From Dehalococcoidia bacterium (lineage in GTDB: Bacteria; Chloroflexota; Dehalococcoidia; Lucifugimonadales; UBA1127): a stretch of DNA of 64,000 nt. A program made the position numbers and the translations under genes. Where the stretch lies: assembly GCA_965217675.1 (NCBI GenBank), contig OZ244559.1, positions 1,986,126 through 2,050,125 of the forward strand, written 5' to 3'. Shown here in pieces: positions 1 through 8,813 of the stretch; within the stretch, counting starts at the first letter, position 1; each line of letters starts with the position of its first letter. Below the pieces are notes generated by a model. That model had not been told where the DNA came from. It worked only from the letters and a program-made list of their open reading frames with translations, and did no database searches.

Positions 1-1
1 G

Positions 2-457
2 GCAGCGGAGGCGGCCAACGCCGGCGCGAGCATGGACGAGGTGGCCGCGGTAGCTCGCAGCGCCGCCGGGCGGTCGCACTGCATGGCCCTGCTGGAAACG
101 CTTGAGTACCTGCAGAAGGGCGGGCGCATCGGCAAGGCACAGGCGATGTTGGGGTCCATCCTGCAGATCAAGCCGATGATCCTCGTCCGTGACGGCGAGG
201 TGCATGAATTGGGCAAAGCGCGGACCTTCGCAAAGGCGTTGGCGAAGCTGAGGGAGACGGCGCAATCCATGGGGCCCGCCGACTCATTGGCCATCATTCA
301 TAGCACTACTCCGGACGCGGCGCAAGCATTCGCGGACAGCCTCGCCGGGATGCTGCCGTCGGGGGCGAGCCCGTACATCACCAAGTTTGGGCCGGCGCTC
401 GGCGTGCACGTTGGCCCGGGGGCAATCGGCGTGGCGCTGCTGCAGTCGCAGGCGTAG
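2..457 (+). CDS. DegV family (fatty-acid-binding) protein, C-terminal part; 5' end lies outside the window
   Basis: Frame is open from the window edge to the stop at 455-457. The translated tail (LETLEYLQKGGRIGKAQAMLGSILQIKPMILVRDGEVHELGKARTF...GPALGVHVGPGAIGVAL) matches my recollection of the DegV C-terminal domain. Confidence 0.7.
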   Translation, partial: AAEAANAGASMDEVAAVARSAAGRSHCMALLETLEYLQKGGRIGKAQAMLGSILQIKPMILVRDGEVHELGKARTFAKALAKLRETAQSMGPADSLAIIHSTTPDAAQAFADSLAGMLPSGASPYITKFGPALGVHVGPGAIGVALLQSQA

Positions 458-639
458 ACCCCAAACCCAAAACCTGTCAGTTTTTGCAACGATCCTCCTT
501 GAGTCCTTGCTGCGTCCCCACCAGTATTCTTGTGTTGTCGCCCCGTCGTCTGGACTTGCACATTACGACAGGTACGTAGCCACTTGCCCGGGGCGCTTTG
601 CTCTGCTACATGGGACGGCTGCACTAGTCCAACGTTCGT

Positions 640-1048
640 CAGGCCTATCGGTGGGTCATTCGGGTCGGGGGGCGGTCGTCTGCAAGCCGGTCGTCGCCAC
701 GCACCCTGACTACCTCGCGGTCGCATACTCCCTAAGTGGGGCCGATGCCTCGCTCTTCACAACAGACTCTGAGATGGGGGACTTGCGTGTTAGCCAGGGC
801 AAGGTACTGGACTTTAAACGTGACCGGAACACGTATACTGTAAATATCACGGCCACAGACACCTGGGGACGGGCGCGTTGATCATCGTCGCCATCAAGGT
901 TACCGACATCAACCATGGCCCGTACGACCTGGACGACAACGAGCGGATTGTACAGGCCGAGGTGATGGCGGCCATATCGGGCTATTTCAAGGGTCTCATA
1001 GACAAGGATGAGGTAATTCGACACATCCGCCTGTACTTTGCGGGCTAA
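640..1048 (+). pseudogene. Cadherin-repeat-like remnant with a frameshift near 879, ending in an EF-hand/dockerin-like tail
   Basis: One frame reads ...ATHPDYLAVAYSLSGADASLFTTDSEMGDLRVSQGKVLDFKRDRNTYTVNITATD... and stops at TGA 879-881. The frame starting at 878 continues [56 protein letters not shown] and stops at 1046-1048. Together they follow the order of cadherin-repeat signatures. There is no credible start codon or signal peptide upstream. Confidence 0.4.
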
Positions 1049-1059
1049 CGGAGGGCGCA

Positions 1060-1905
1060 TTGTTCCGCTTAACTCTAGGCATGTTCATGGCGATGACTTT
1101 GTCCCTCACCATGAGCGCATTGGCGCTGTGGGCATTGCCGAGCACCGTGGATGCCCAGTCGCAGCGCGCCAACCGCTCGTTTCAGGCAAATTGGGCCGAG
1201 CCCGGCAGCGAGTTCAGGGTCAATGTCACCGTCCAGAATTACGGGCCCTTTGGCCAGGTTGCGGAAACGCTGCCCGCAGGCTTTACGTACGTGCGCTCCA
1301 GCCTCGCGGAAAACCAGATTGACGTAGAGGGTCAGACCATCCGGTTTAACCTCTTTGGCGAATCCAGCTTCTTTTATATCGTCACGGCGCCCACTACGGA
1401 AGGCGACTATGTGTTCTCGGGCCTTATCCAGAACAGCGACCGCAACGCTCGGGCAGTTACCGGCCACTCGCGGGTGCGAGTAGGCCCGCCGCCAACACCG
1501 ACTCCGATCCCGCCGCCGACAACGACACCGTCGCCGATCCCAACGCCTACTCCGACCGCGACGCCGACGCCCACAGTAACGCCAACGCCTACACCCACGC
1601 CGGTCCCGACCGCAACGCCAACGCCTTTGCCCACACCGACGCCGACGCCAACCGCTACTCCAACGCCTACGCCGACGCCCACACCGGCGCCGACCGCCAC
1701 GCCGACACCCTCGCCAACGCCCACGCCCACGCCGACTGCAACGCCAGTGCCTGAGCCGCCGGAGCCGGAGGTGGTAGTTCCCGGTTGGATCTGGGTTGTG
1801 GTTGCCCTGGCAGGACTGGAAGCAATAGTGATTGTGTGGCTCTTGTCGCTAATGCGTGGCCAGGGTTGGGACTGGCAACCTTGGTCGCGTGCGCGTCGCA
1901 GGTAA
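1060..1905 (+). CDS. Secreted/cell-surface protein: signal peptide, about 110-aa beta-rich domain, long Pro-Thr linker, C-terminal TM helix with basic tail
   Basis: GGAGGG at 1050-1055 precedes TTG 1060 (alternative ATG at 1081). The N-terminus [22 protein letters not shown] is signal-peptide-like. The PT-rich tract runs about 95 aa. The C-terminus is [22 protein letters not shown] followed by ...SRARRR. Confidence 0.7.
   Translation: MFRLTLGMFMAMTLSLTMSALALWALPSTVDAQSQRANRSFQANWAEPGSEFRVNVTVQNYGPFGQVAETLPAGFTYVRSSLAENQIDVEGQTIRFNLFGESSFFYIVTAPTTEGDYVFSGLIQNSDRNARAVTGHSRVRVGPPPTPTPIPPPTTTPSPIPTPTPTATPTPTVTPTPTPTPVPTATPTPLPTPTPTPTATPTPTPTPTPAPTATPTPSPTPTPTPTATPVPEPPEPEVVVPGWIWVVVALAGLEAIVIVWLLSLMRGQGWDWQPWSRARRR
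1484..1770 (+). repeat. Low-complexity coding repeat (Pro-Thr linker; iterated ACNCCN codons)
   Basis: Translation is [95 protein letters not shown]. The opposite-strand ORFs (GVGVGV...) are shadows of it. Confidence 0.9.
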
Positions 1906-1971
1906 GGGGAGACACGGCACACACGGTAGGCAAACGACCGCGTCGCTTCGGGAGAACGACGCGTCGTTGGG

Positions 1972-2361
1972 CTAGCCGCCGAGAGCGGCCCACCGCTCGT
2001 CGAGGGCGGCTGTCAGCAAGGTGAGGATCTCCGGCCGACGGGCTTCATCCAAGCTGTGAATCTTCACGTGGCGCATAGCAGCGCCGGTCCCCTCCAACAG
2101 CCCCTCATGGTCCGGCAGCGACGCGCCGCGAAAGAAGCCGAGGTTGATCCAACGCGGATGGGGCAGGATGTAGGCGTATCCCTCCGACATCTTCTTGGGA
2201 CCAACGCCAAACGTCGCGGCGCGCTCCCCCAGCCGGACGACCTCGCTGACTTCGGGGTGCAGCCGCACGATGGCCTCGCGGAGGGCCACGGCGACCGGCC
2301 GCAGCGGCTCGGCGGTCATCTCCAGCAAGTCTTCAAACATGCCGAACTTGGCCAGGGGCAT
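1972..2361 (-). CDS. DUF1801 (YdhG-like) domain protein
   Basis: 129-aa ORF. The pattern ...AATFGVGPKKMSEGYAYILPHPRWINLGFFRGASLPDHEGLLEGTGAAMRHVKI... resembles DUF1801 family members as I recall them. Confidence 0.6.
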   Translation of the reverse strand: MPLAKFGMFEDLLEMTAEPLRPVAVALREAIVRLHPEVSEVVRLGERAATFGVGPKKMSEGYAYILPHPRWINLGFFRGASLPDHEGLLEGTGAAMRHVKIHSLDEARRPEILTLLTAALDERWAALGG

Positions 2362-2400
2362 TGGTTAACTCCCCCATTTGCGTTGCCAAACTGAAGGCCG

Positions 2401-4104
2401 TTATCGATGCCACTCACCTATATTCCACAGCTCGCTGTCCCAGGCGTTCATATGGACGCCCTGCAAGGTGATGGCGTGCGCGGATACGAGCCCGCGATCG
2501 ACAAGGAAGATCTCGAAGAAGCTTTGCACGTAGATGTTGTTGAGCTGCTTGACGAGGGCGTCGCGCTCCGCGCCGATGGGCAGGTCGTTCAGCGCAGGCA
2601 GACGCTCGTCAAAGACCGGATTGCACCCGCGCGAGTTGTTGCTATCGGCCCAGCTGTTCTCACGAGTCTGGATGTGGTCACAGCCCAGGCTCTCCAAGGA
2701 CAGCGCAGGGTCAATGCCGGTGCCGGTCGTGTACATCTGCACGTCGGCGAGGAAGCGGCGATACGACGCCTCTTCTTCCGCTGGGTCGCCGCCGAAAAAG
2801 ACGCCGGCGTCAAGCTGAACGAGCGAAGCCTCAACACCGATCTCCCTCCACCACCCCTGCAGCAGGACCTGTGTCTGTTGCCTGACCGGGTTCTCAGTAG
2901 TTTGGAACGAGACGCGCAGCGGGACGCCGTTGTACTCCCTGACGCCGTCGCCGTCGGAATCGACCACGGCGTTCTCGTCGAGCAGGCTCTGAGCCCCTGA
3001 GATGTCCTGCGTCAGGCAACCGTCGCCGGCCTCGGCTGCATAACGCGTGGGAGCCACGATCAGGTCGCACACGGGCCTGCCGGCGAACCCGTACAGGTCC
3101 TCAGCTATGCTTGTCCGGTCAATGGCCATCGACATCGCTTGTCGAATAGGGAGGAAGGACAAGAACGGATGGGGGTTGGCTCCGTCCAGATATTCAGAGC
3201 GGTTATCTCCCAGAGCCGGGTCCGCGTTTGTCTGGTTGAGCACTAGGCGTTCGGTATCGCCGGCAAAGGCGGAGACGATCGTGCCAACGCCCTGCGCCTC
3301 CAGCGACGCCAGCGTCTCCGGCGCAATCTGCAGGTTCCATGCGTAGTCGATTTCTCCGGTCTCCAGCGCAGCGCGCGCCGCCGATTCCGCGTCACCGCCG
3401 CCAAGAATGACGACGCGGTCAAAGTAGGGCTTCTCGCCCCAGTAATGCGGGTTGCGCTCGTACTCGGCCCGGTCGTTGGGAACGAATTCGACAATACGAA
3501 ACGGGCCAGAGCCAAGGGGAGCGGTATTCTGTTCGACGCAGTCCCGTGCCGCCGCGCCGCCACAGTCGCGGAACTGGGCCTCGCTGATGACGGGTGTGCC
3601 GGCGCCCACAAACGCGTTGTACGGATACGGCGTCGGCCCCTCGAACTGGATGCGGACCGTGCGGTCGTCCACCGCCGAGATGTCCGTGACGCCGAGGAAG
3701 GCGTCCTCGGCGCCGCAGCCGGTCTCCTCATCCGTGCAGTAGCGCCAGGTGAAGACGACGTCGCGGGCGGTGAGGTCGCTGCCGTCCGACCACTTGGTGT
3801 CCTCCCGCAGCGTCCACGTTATTGACGTCAGATCGGCAGATACTCCACCGTTCTCCACCGTGGGGACCTCTTCCGCAAGTCTCGGCGTCAAGTTGCCGTC
3901 GGGGTCGTAGTTGGCCAGGGGTTCAAGAGTGAGGGCAGCGGCATCCGTGTCCTTGTAGCCGCTGGCCAGGTAGGAGCTCGGCAGCGACGCCGCCTGCCAG
4001 TAGCGCAGGGTCAGCACTTTCTCCTCGCCGCACGCGGGCAAAAGGGTAAGGGCCAGCAACCCGGCGAGTGCGACCAACAGCATCCCCGTCTTCGTCTTCA
4101 TCAT
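2401..4104 (-). CDS. ABC transporter substrate-binding lipoprotein, family 5 (peptide/nickel, DppA/OppA-like)
   Basis: GGAGGTGA lies 7 nt upstream of ATG 4104. The lipobox is LALTLLPAC-G. The roughly 560-aa mature protein has SBP_bac_5-like segments (ANYDPDGNLTPRLAEE..., RNPHYWGEKPYFDRVV...). Confidence 0.85.
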   Translation of the reverse strand: MMKTKTGMLLVALAGLLALTLLPACGEEKVLTLRYWQAASLPSSYLASGYKDTDAAALTLEPLANYDPDGNLTPRLAEEVPTVENGGVSADLTSITWTLREDTKWSDGSDLTARDVVFTWRYCTDEETGCGAEDAFLGVTDISAVDDRTVRIQFEGPTPYPYNAFVGAGTPVISEAQFRDCGGAAARDCVEQNTAPLGSGPFRIVEFVPNDRAEYERNPHYWGEKPYFDRVVILGGGDAESAARAALETGEIDYAWNLQIAPETLASLEAQGVGTIVSAFAGDTERLVLNQTNADPALGDNRSEYLDGANPHPFLSFLPIRQAMSMAIDRTSIAEDLYGFAGRPVCDLIVAPTRYAAEAGDGCLTQDISGAQSLLDENAVVDSDGDGVREYNGVPLRVSFQTTENPVRQQTQVLLQGWWREIGVEASLVQLDAGVFFGGDPAEEEASYRRFLADVQMYTTGTGIDPALSLESLGCDHIQTRENSWADSNNSRGCNPVFDERLPALNDLPIGAERDALVKQLNNIYVQSFFEIFLVDRGLVSAHAITLQGVHMNAWDSELWNIGEWHR

Positions 4105-4354
4105 CTGCAACTCACCTCCATCCATCGAGTGTACGAAGGCCGTTGGCGTTAATGCAATCACATGTGAGCAGTATTGCCATGCACCTTTTGCCGAATCGAC
4201 AAGCCTTACGACACTCGCGGCCCGTATTCATGGCTGCAATTGCGGTGCTACACTGAATATAGCGTTTTCTTTACGTTACCCACCGCCCAAAAACGCCTTC
4301 AACAATTTCAATTGCTTTCATTCCCCAGCCACAGGATTCTGGAGGACACACTCG

Positions 4355-5524
4355 TTGCTTCGTAGTCTGATGCGGCGCAAGCTCCGCACCACCCTCACGG
4401 TTCTCGGCATTACCGTGGGCATTTGGACGCTCATAGTCATGAGCGCCATGGCCAACAAGCTGACCACCCTCGTCGACGGCGGCTCAACCTACTTCGACGA
4501 AAAGATAGTCGTCAGCGACGCGACCAACCCCGCCTTCGGCTTTGGTTACGTGCCGATGCCGGTCGGCATCGTTGACCAGATTGGCAATGTCCCCGGCGTG
4601 GCAGTCGCGGCGCCAAGGGTGCAGTTCCTCCTCGACCCCGAAAACACTGGCTCCGGATTCGGCCCGCCGGACTTCGTCGTGGCGTTCACTGCGGGTTTTG
4701 ATCAAGGCTATGAGACATTCCGTTGGGAAACCGCCCAGGGCCGGGAGACCACGCTTGAAGACGAGGGCCTGCACGTCGTGGTGCTTGGCGCGGACCTCGC
4801 AAGGAAGTTCGACGTGGCCCCGGGCGACCCCTTCGACATTCGCGGCACGGAGTTCGAGGTCATAGGCGTCATCGAGCCGACGCTGATGTTCTTCGACACC
4901 ACCGCGGTCATCCCATGGGCCGCAGGGCAGGAGTACCTTGCGCAAGACCCGGTGGTCTCGGCGGAGTTCGGCGAGGACGTTCCTGCCCTCACGTCCATGG
5001 TGATCGTCTACCCGGAGGAGGGCTCCGGCGTCCGCGACGTCGGTCAGGCCATTATGAAGACCTCGCCCCAGCTCCGCGCCGTCTCCGGTGATGACTTCGA
5101 CGACCAGTTCGGCTCCACGCTGGCCATCTTCAACGCCATCATCCTGAGCGTGGCGCTTATCAGCATCGTGGTGGGCGGGCTGTCCGTCATTAACACCATG
5201 ACCATGAGCGTGGCCGAACGCACGCGCGAGATAGGCGTCAAGCGGGCAATCGGGGCGAGCCGGGGTCTCATCATGCGGGAGCTCATCTGGGAAGCCGGGC
5301 TCATGGGCTTCATCGGCGGGCTGGTGGGGCTCGGCTTGGCGGGCCTTGTCGTCTACTTCGCCAATGAGGCCGGCCAGACCTCCGGCACCATCCTCTTCCT
5401 GCTTACGCCGTGGATCGGCGCGCTTGGCGTAGCGTTCTCGACTGTGTTGGGTGCGCTCGCTGGGATGTTGCCAGCGTGGAACGCCGCGCGTCTCGACCCC
5501 GTCGAAGCGCTGCGATACGGGTAG
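4355..5524 (+). CDS. ABC transporter permease, MacB/FtsX-like (N-terminal TM, periplasmic domain, C-terminal FtsX 3-TM bundle)
   Basis: GGAGGA lies 8 nt upstream of TTG 4355. The N-terminus is RRKLRTTLTVLGITVGIWTLIVM. The C-terminus has SVAERTREIGVKRAIGASRGLIMRELIWEA, typical of the FtsX/MacB family. Confidence 0.85.
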   Translation: MLRSLMRRKLRTTLTVLGITVGIWTLIVMSAMANKLTTLVDGGSTYFDEKIVVSDATNPAFGFGYVPMPVGIVDQIGNVPGVAVAAPRVQFLLDPENTGSGFGPPDFVVAFTAGFDQGYETFRWETAQGRETTLEDEGLHVVVLGADLARKFDVAPGDPFDIRGTEFEVIGVIEPTLMFFDTTAVIPWAAGQEYLAQDPVVSAEFGEDVPALTSMVIVYPEEGSGVRDVGQAIMKTSPQLRAVSGDDFDDQFGSTLAIFNAIILSVALISIVVGGLSVINTMTMSVAERTREIGVKRAIGASRGLIMRELIWEAGLMGFIGGLVGLGLAGLVVYFANEAGQTSGTILFLLTPWIGALGVAFSTVLGALAGMLPAWNAARLDPVEALRYG

Positions 5525-5533
5525 GAGCGAACG

Positions 5534-6244
5534 ATGGCCTTCCTGGAAGCACGCAATCTCCACAAGACCCACCGGCTGAGCCGCAACAACTACGTGCGCG
5601 CGCTGCGGGGAGTCGATGTGACCGTCGAGGCGGGCGAGATGGTGGGCATCATGGGGCCGTCCGGCTGCGGCAAGAGCACGTTGATGCACATCCTGGGACT
5701 GCTGCACTCGCCGGACCTTGGCGCAACGCCGCCGCCCAGCCTCGTGATTGACGGCACGGACGTGGCGGCGCTTGCCGACCGGGAGCGCACCAGGATGCGG
5801 GCGGAGCGGATGGGCTTCGTCTTCCAGGCGTTCAACCTCGTCACGACGCTGACGACGGTGGAGAACGTCGCACTCCCCGCCGAGTACACGGGCCGGCCCC
5901 GGCGAGAGGCGCGGGCCGCGGCGATCGATGCCCTCAAATTCGTCGGTCTCGAGGACTGGGCGGAGCACCGGCCCTTGGAGCTTTCCGGGGGGCAGCAGCA
6001 ACGCGCGGCCATCGCCCGGGCGCTCGTGACGAAACCGGCGTTGCTGCTGGCGGACGAGCCGACCGGCAACCTCGACTCCGAGAATACGGAGGAGGTTATA
6101 GCGCTCCTGCACTGGTTCAACCGCGAGCGCGGCCAGACGGTCGTGCTGGTCACGCACGACACGCGTGTCAGCGAGGCCTGCAGCCGCGTCCTCACGATGC
6201 GCGACGGCGTCATCACGAACGGGCAAGGAGCACTCGACGCGTAG
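5534..6244 (+). CDS. ABC transporter ATP-binding protein (MacB/LolD-like)
   Basis: Walker A is GPSGCGKST, the signature motif is LSGGQQQRAAIARAL, and Walker B is LLLADEPTGNLD. The gene starts 10 nt after the permease stop. Confidence 0.9.
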   Translation: MAFLEARNLHKTHRLSRNNYVRALRGVDVTVEAGEMVGIMGPSGCGKSTLMHILGLLHSPDLGATPPPSLVIDGTDVAALADRERTRMRAERMGFVFQAFNLVTTLTTVENVALPAEYTGRPRREARAAAIDALKFVGLEDWAEHRPLELSGGQQQRAAIARALVTKPALLLADEPTGNLDSENTEEVIALLHWFNRERGQTVVLVTHDTRVSEACSRVLTMRDGVITNGQGALDA

Positions 6245-6391
6245 GGGCGCCTCGCATCCATTTTCCTTTCTCTGCGAAGGGCCAGGATTGTTTCGTCGCG
6301 AGGGAAACAGCCTTGTCGCCCTCGCCGCCATGCTGCTAAGGTGGAACGTGCGGGGACAGGGTTTGGGGTGGAGCGATACGTTGAGGAGGGA

Positions 6392-6835
6392 ATGATGGAC
6401 GCGCTGCGGAAGCCGGTCGGGGCTTACCTGGTGCTCGTGGCAATTGCCGTTGCCGTGTTCTTTATCGTCAATCCACTTCTTGATGACTCAATCGACGTGG
6501 CGGACGTATGGAGTGTGCTGGACATCTTCATGGTCATCGCGCTGGCGCTGGGGCTGCTGTTCGCGTACCTCGGCAAGCAGCGTGTTGACGCGCAGCAGTC
6601 GGGCGACGGCGTATCGCGAGCGTACCTGGAGGCCAACGTCATATTCTTCGCCGTCGCGGCTATCACCATCCTGTTCCTGCACAACTGGTTCTCGCTGCTG
6701 GCGGGCGGGCAGGACAGCCTTGACGGCAACCATCAGGCATGGGTGATCTGGGCGGCTGTCGACACGGCGTTCCCGCTCGTCCTGGGCGTGCTGGGCTGCC
6801 GGCTGTGGCGGGGCGCGTCTAGGCGCATCGCTTGA
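6392..6835 (+). CDS. Hypothetical integral membrane protein (about 4 TM helices)
   Basis: GAGGAGG at 6383-6389 precedes ATG 6392/6395. Four hydrophobic segments are present. No family recognised. Confidence 0.5.
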   Translation: MMDALRKPVGAYLVLVAIAVAVFFIVNPLLDDSIDVADVWSVLDIFMVIALALGLLFAYLGKQRVDAQQSGDGVSRAYLEANVIFFAVAAITILFLHNWFSLLAGGQDSLDGNHQAWVIWAAVDTAFPLVLGVLGCRLWRGASRRIA

Positions 6836-6894
6836 ACTCACCTCACCGGGACCGCTCGGAGGGGGTCATTCTTAAATTGCAGGTGCATAGGTAG

Positions 6895-7815
6895 ATGTCG
6901 CGTATCCTCGCGTTCTTTTCGGCGCTGTGCCTCAAGTTCCCACCAATCATGCTGGTGTACCGCACGGTACAGGAGATGAAGCATGATGACGCCACGCACA
7001 TGGCCGCGGGCGTCGCATATTACTCAATCCTCTCGCTGTTTCCGCTGACGATAGGCATCCTCGCCGTATTCAGCCCGCTGCTGCCCTCGGACACGGTGGA
7101 GAGCGCGCTGCTTGAATTCCTGCAGACCTACCTACCCGGCTCGGACGAAGCCTTCCGGCAGAACCTGGAGGCGACCGGCGGCGTGCGGAGCGCCATCGGG
7201 CTCGTCAGTGTGCTCGGCATGTTCTGGTCGGCGAGCGCCATCTTTGGAGCGATCAGCAAGGCAGTGAACCGCGCGTGGGACGTGCACCAGGACCGGCCTT
7301 TCTACATCGACAAGGTGCGCCACATCGTGATGGCCTTCAGCGTGGGCCTGCTCTTCATGCTCTCCGTTTCCACCACGACGCTTCTGCAGTTCGTCGACGA
7401 CTTTGCGGGCCAGAACGGCGGAATGATGCAAGTTCTCGAGCGGGACACGGTAAACTCTATCGCGAGACTGCTTCCATTCCTCTTCAGCCTGGCCATCTTC
7501 TTTATGATCTACAAGTTTGTGCCGAACACAGTGACGCACTGGCGGTACATCTGGCCAGGAGCGCTCCTTGCGGCCATCGCTTTTGAGGTCGGCAAAGGCT
7601 TTTTCATCTACTACATTGACACCTTCGCGGACTTCGAAATGGTGTATGGCTCGCTGGGAACCGTCGTTGTACTTATGATCTGGACCTACGTGTCCGCCCT
7701 GACGCTCATCATCGGCGCGGAGTTCACCTCCGAATATGAACGCATGCTGCGGGGCGTCGAGCGGGGGCAGACCATACCAAAGAACCAACGCCACCGGGGC
7801 GAGGCGTTCGAGTAG
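6895..7815 (+). CDS. YihY/BrkB (ribonuclease BN-like) family membrane protein
   Basis: Contains AAGVAYYSILSLFPL and multiple TM segments. The C-terminal ...YGSLGTVVVLMIWTYVSALTLIIGAEFT is typical of the YihY family. Confidence 0.8.
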   Translation: MSRILAFFSALCLKFPPIMLVYRTVQEMKHDDATHMAAGVAYYSILSLFPLTIGILAVFSPLLPSDTVESALLEFLQTYLPGSDEAFRQNLEATGGVRSAIGLVSVLGMFWSASAIFGAISKAVNRAWDVHQDRPFYIDKVRHIVMAFSVGLLFMLSVSTTTLLQFVDDFAGQNGGMMQVLERDTVNSIARLLPFLFSLAIFFMIYKFVPNTVTHWRYIWPGALLAAIAFEVGKGFFIYYIDTFADFEMVYGSLGTVVVLMIWTYVSALTLIIGAEFTSEYERMLRGVERGQTIPKNQRHRGEAFE

Positions 7816-7877
7816 CCGCCGCCAAGTAGAATGGTGGCTGCGGGCCAGGCCCGGCAAGAGCATCAAGAGGAAGCATT

Positions 7878-8741
7878 GTGAGCGCCACGCAACTCGACGG
7901 AGACCAGGGAACGCCGGGGGGACTCGAGCGGATAACGGTCCCGCTCAGCAGGATCGTGGAGTCCAGGGCATTCGAGCTTTTCATCATTGGCGTCATCCTG
8001 GCGAACGCCGTCCTGCTCGGTCTCGGCACGTCGCCGAGCATCGAGCGCAACTACGGGGACTTGCTGAACCTGGGCAATCAGGTTGCGCTCGGCATCTTCA
8101 TCCTCGAGGCGATTGCCAAGCTGCTGGCGCTTGCGCCGCGGTCGCACCGGTACTTTGGGTCGGGCTGGAACATCTTCGACTTTGCCGTGATCGTGTTCTC
8201 CCTGATACCTGCGACCGGCGAGTTTGCCATGATTTCGCGCCTGGCCCGGCTGCTGCGGGTGGTGCGGCTCATCACCACCGTCAAGGAGCTTCGGGTCATC
8301 GTGGCGGCGCTGGTCCGCGCCATCCCCAGCGTTGGACACGTCATGGTGCTGATGAGCATCGTGGTCTACATCTACGCGATCATGGGCTACCATCTGTTCA
8401 ACGAGCATGACCCGCAGCACTGGCGCAGCCTGGGCATCTCCGTGCTGACGCTGTTCAACATCGTCACGCTTGAGGGCTGGGTGGACATCATGGACATTGC
8501 CATGGAGGCCTATCCCTGGGCGTGGTTATACTTCGTCAGCTTCATCATCATGGGCACGTTTGTGGTCATCAACATGTTCATCGCAATCATCGTCAACAGC
8601 CTGGACGAGGCCAAGACCGACGCCCTTCGGGCCTTGCAGCAGCCGACGACGATGGAAGACCTGCTGCGGGAGATGCGCGATACCCAAGCCGCGCTTCAGC
8701 GTCTCCAAGAGCGGCTGGACGCACGGGAGGCGGAGAAGTAG
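7878..8741 (+). CDS. Voltage-gated cation channel of the bacterial NaChBac/BacNav type (single 6-TM domain plus C-terminal coiled coil)
   Basis: S4 has Arg every third residue (RLARLLRVVRLITTVKELR, from 8238). The pore loop is LFNIVTLEGWVDIM (filter codons 8466-8486). The C-terminal heptad-like tail is TMEDLLREMRDTQAALQRLQERLDAREAEK. Confidence 0.8.
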   Translation: MSATQLDGDQGTPGGLERITVPLSRIVESRAFELFIIGVILANAVLLGLGTSPSIERNYGDLLNLGNQVALGIFILEAIAKLLALAPRSHRYFGSGWNIFDFAVIVFSLIPATGEFAMISRLARLLRVVRLITTVKELRVIVAALVRAIPSVGHVMVLMSIVVYIYAIMGYHLFNEHDPQHWRSLGISVLTLFNIVTLEGWVDIMDIAMEAYPWAWLYFVSFIIMGTFVVINMFIAIIVNSLDEAKTDALRALQQPTTMEDLLREMRDTQAALQRLQERLDAREAEK

Positions 8742-8813
8742 CCGCAGGTCCGGGAGGCGCTTGGTCAATGTGTGTAGAAGAATGGGCACGGCAGTGAGGT
8801 GGAGGGTAACTGC

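Noticed and set aside
387-640. The upstream part of ORF 387-881, considered as the N-terminus of a real protein.
   Set aside because: It overlaps the DegV gene end in another frame. It has no signal peptide or recognisable domain. Only the part from about 640 onward resembles a cadherin repeat.
1407-1922. A minus-strand ORF encoding (GV)n repeats.
   Set aside because: It is the mirror image of the PT-linker codons of the surface-protein gene, which has a signal peptide, an RBS and a TM anchor.
4484-6331. A 615-aa ORF on the minus strand. Similar very long antisense ORFs occur elsewhere: 24617-26578 (-), 36712-38043 (-), 42690-44264 (+), 44526-45983 (-), 49608-50969 (+), 54698-55951 (+), 57538-58611 (-), 19304-20479 (+), 20476-21453 (-), 40672-41727 (-).
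   Set aside because: Each lies exactly opposite a gene with strong family signatures (ABC permease/ATPase, MDR dehydrogenases, UbiD, amidase, Rieske oxygenase, SufS, PntB, MFS, LLM and others). Their translations are Arg/Ala/Gly/Pro-rich with no motifs. This is the usual shadow-ORF effect of high-GC DNA.
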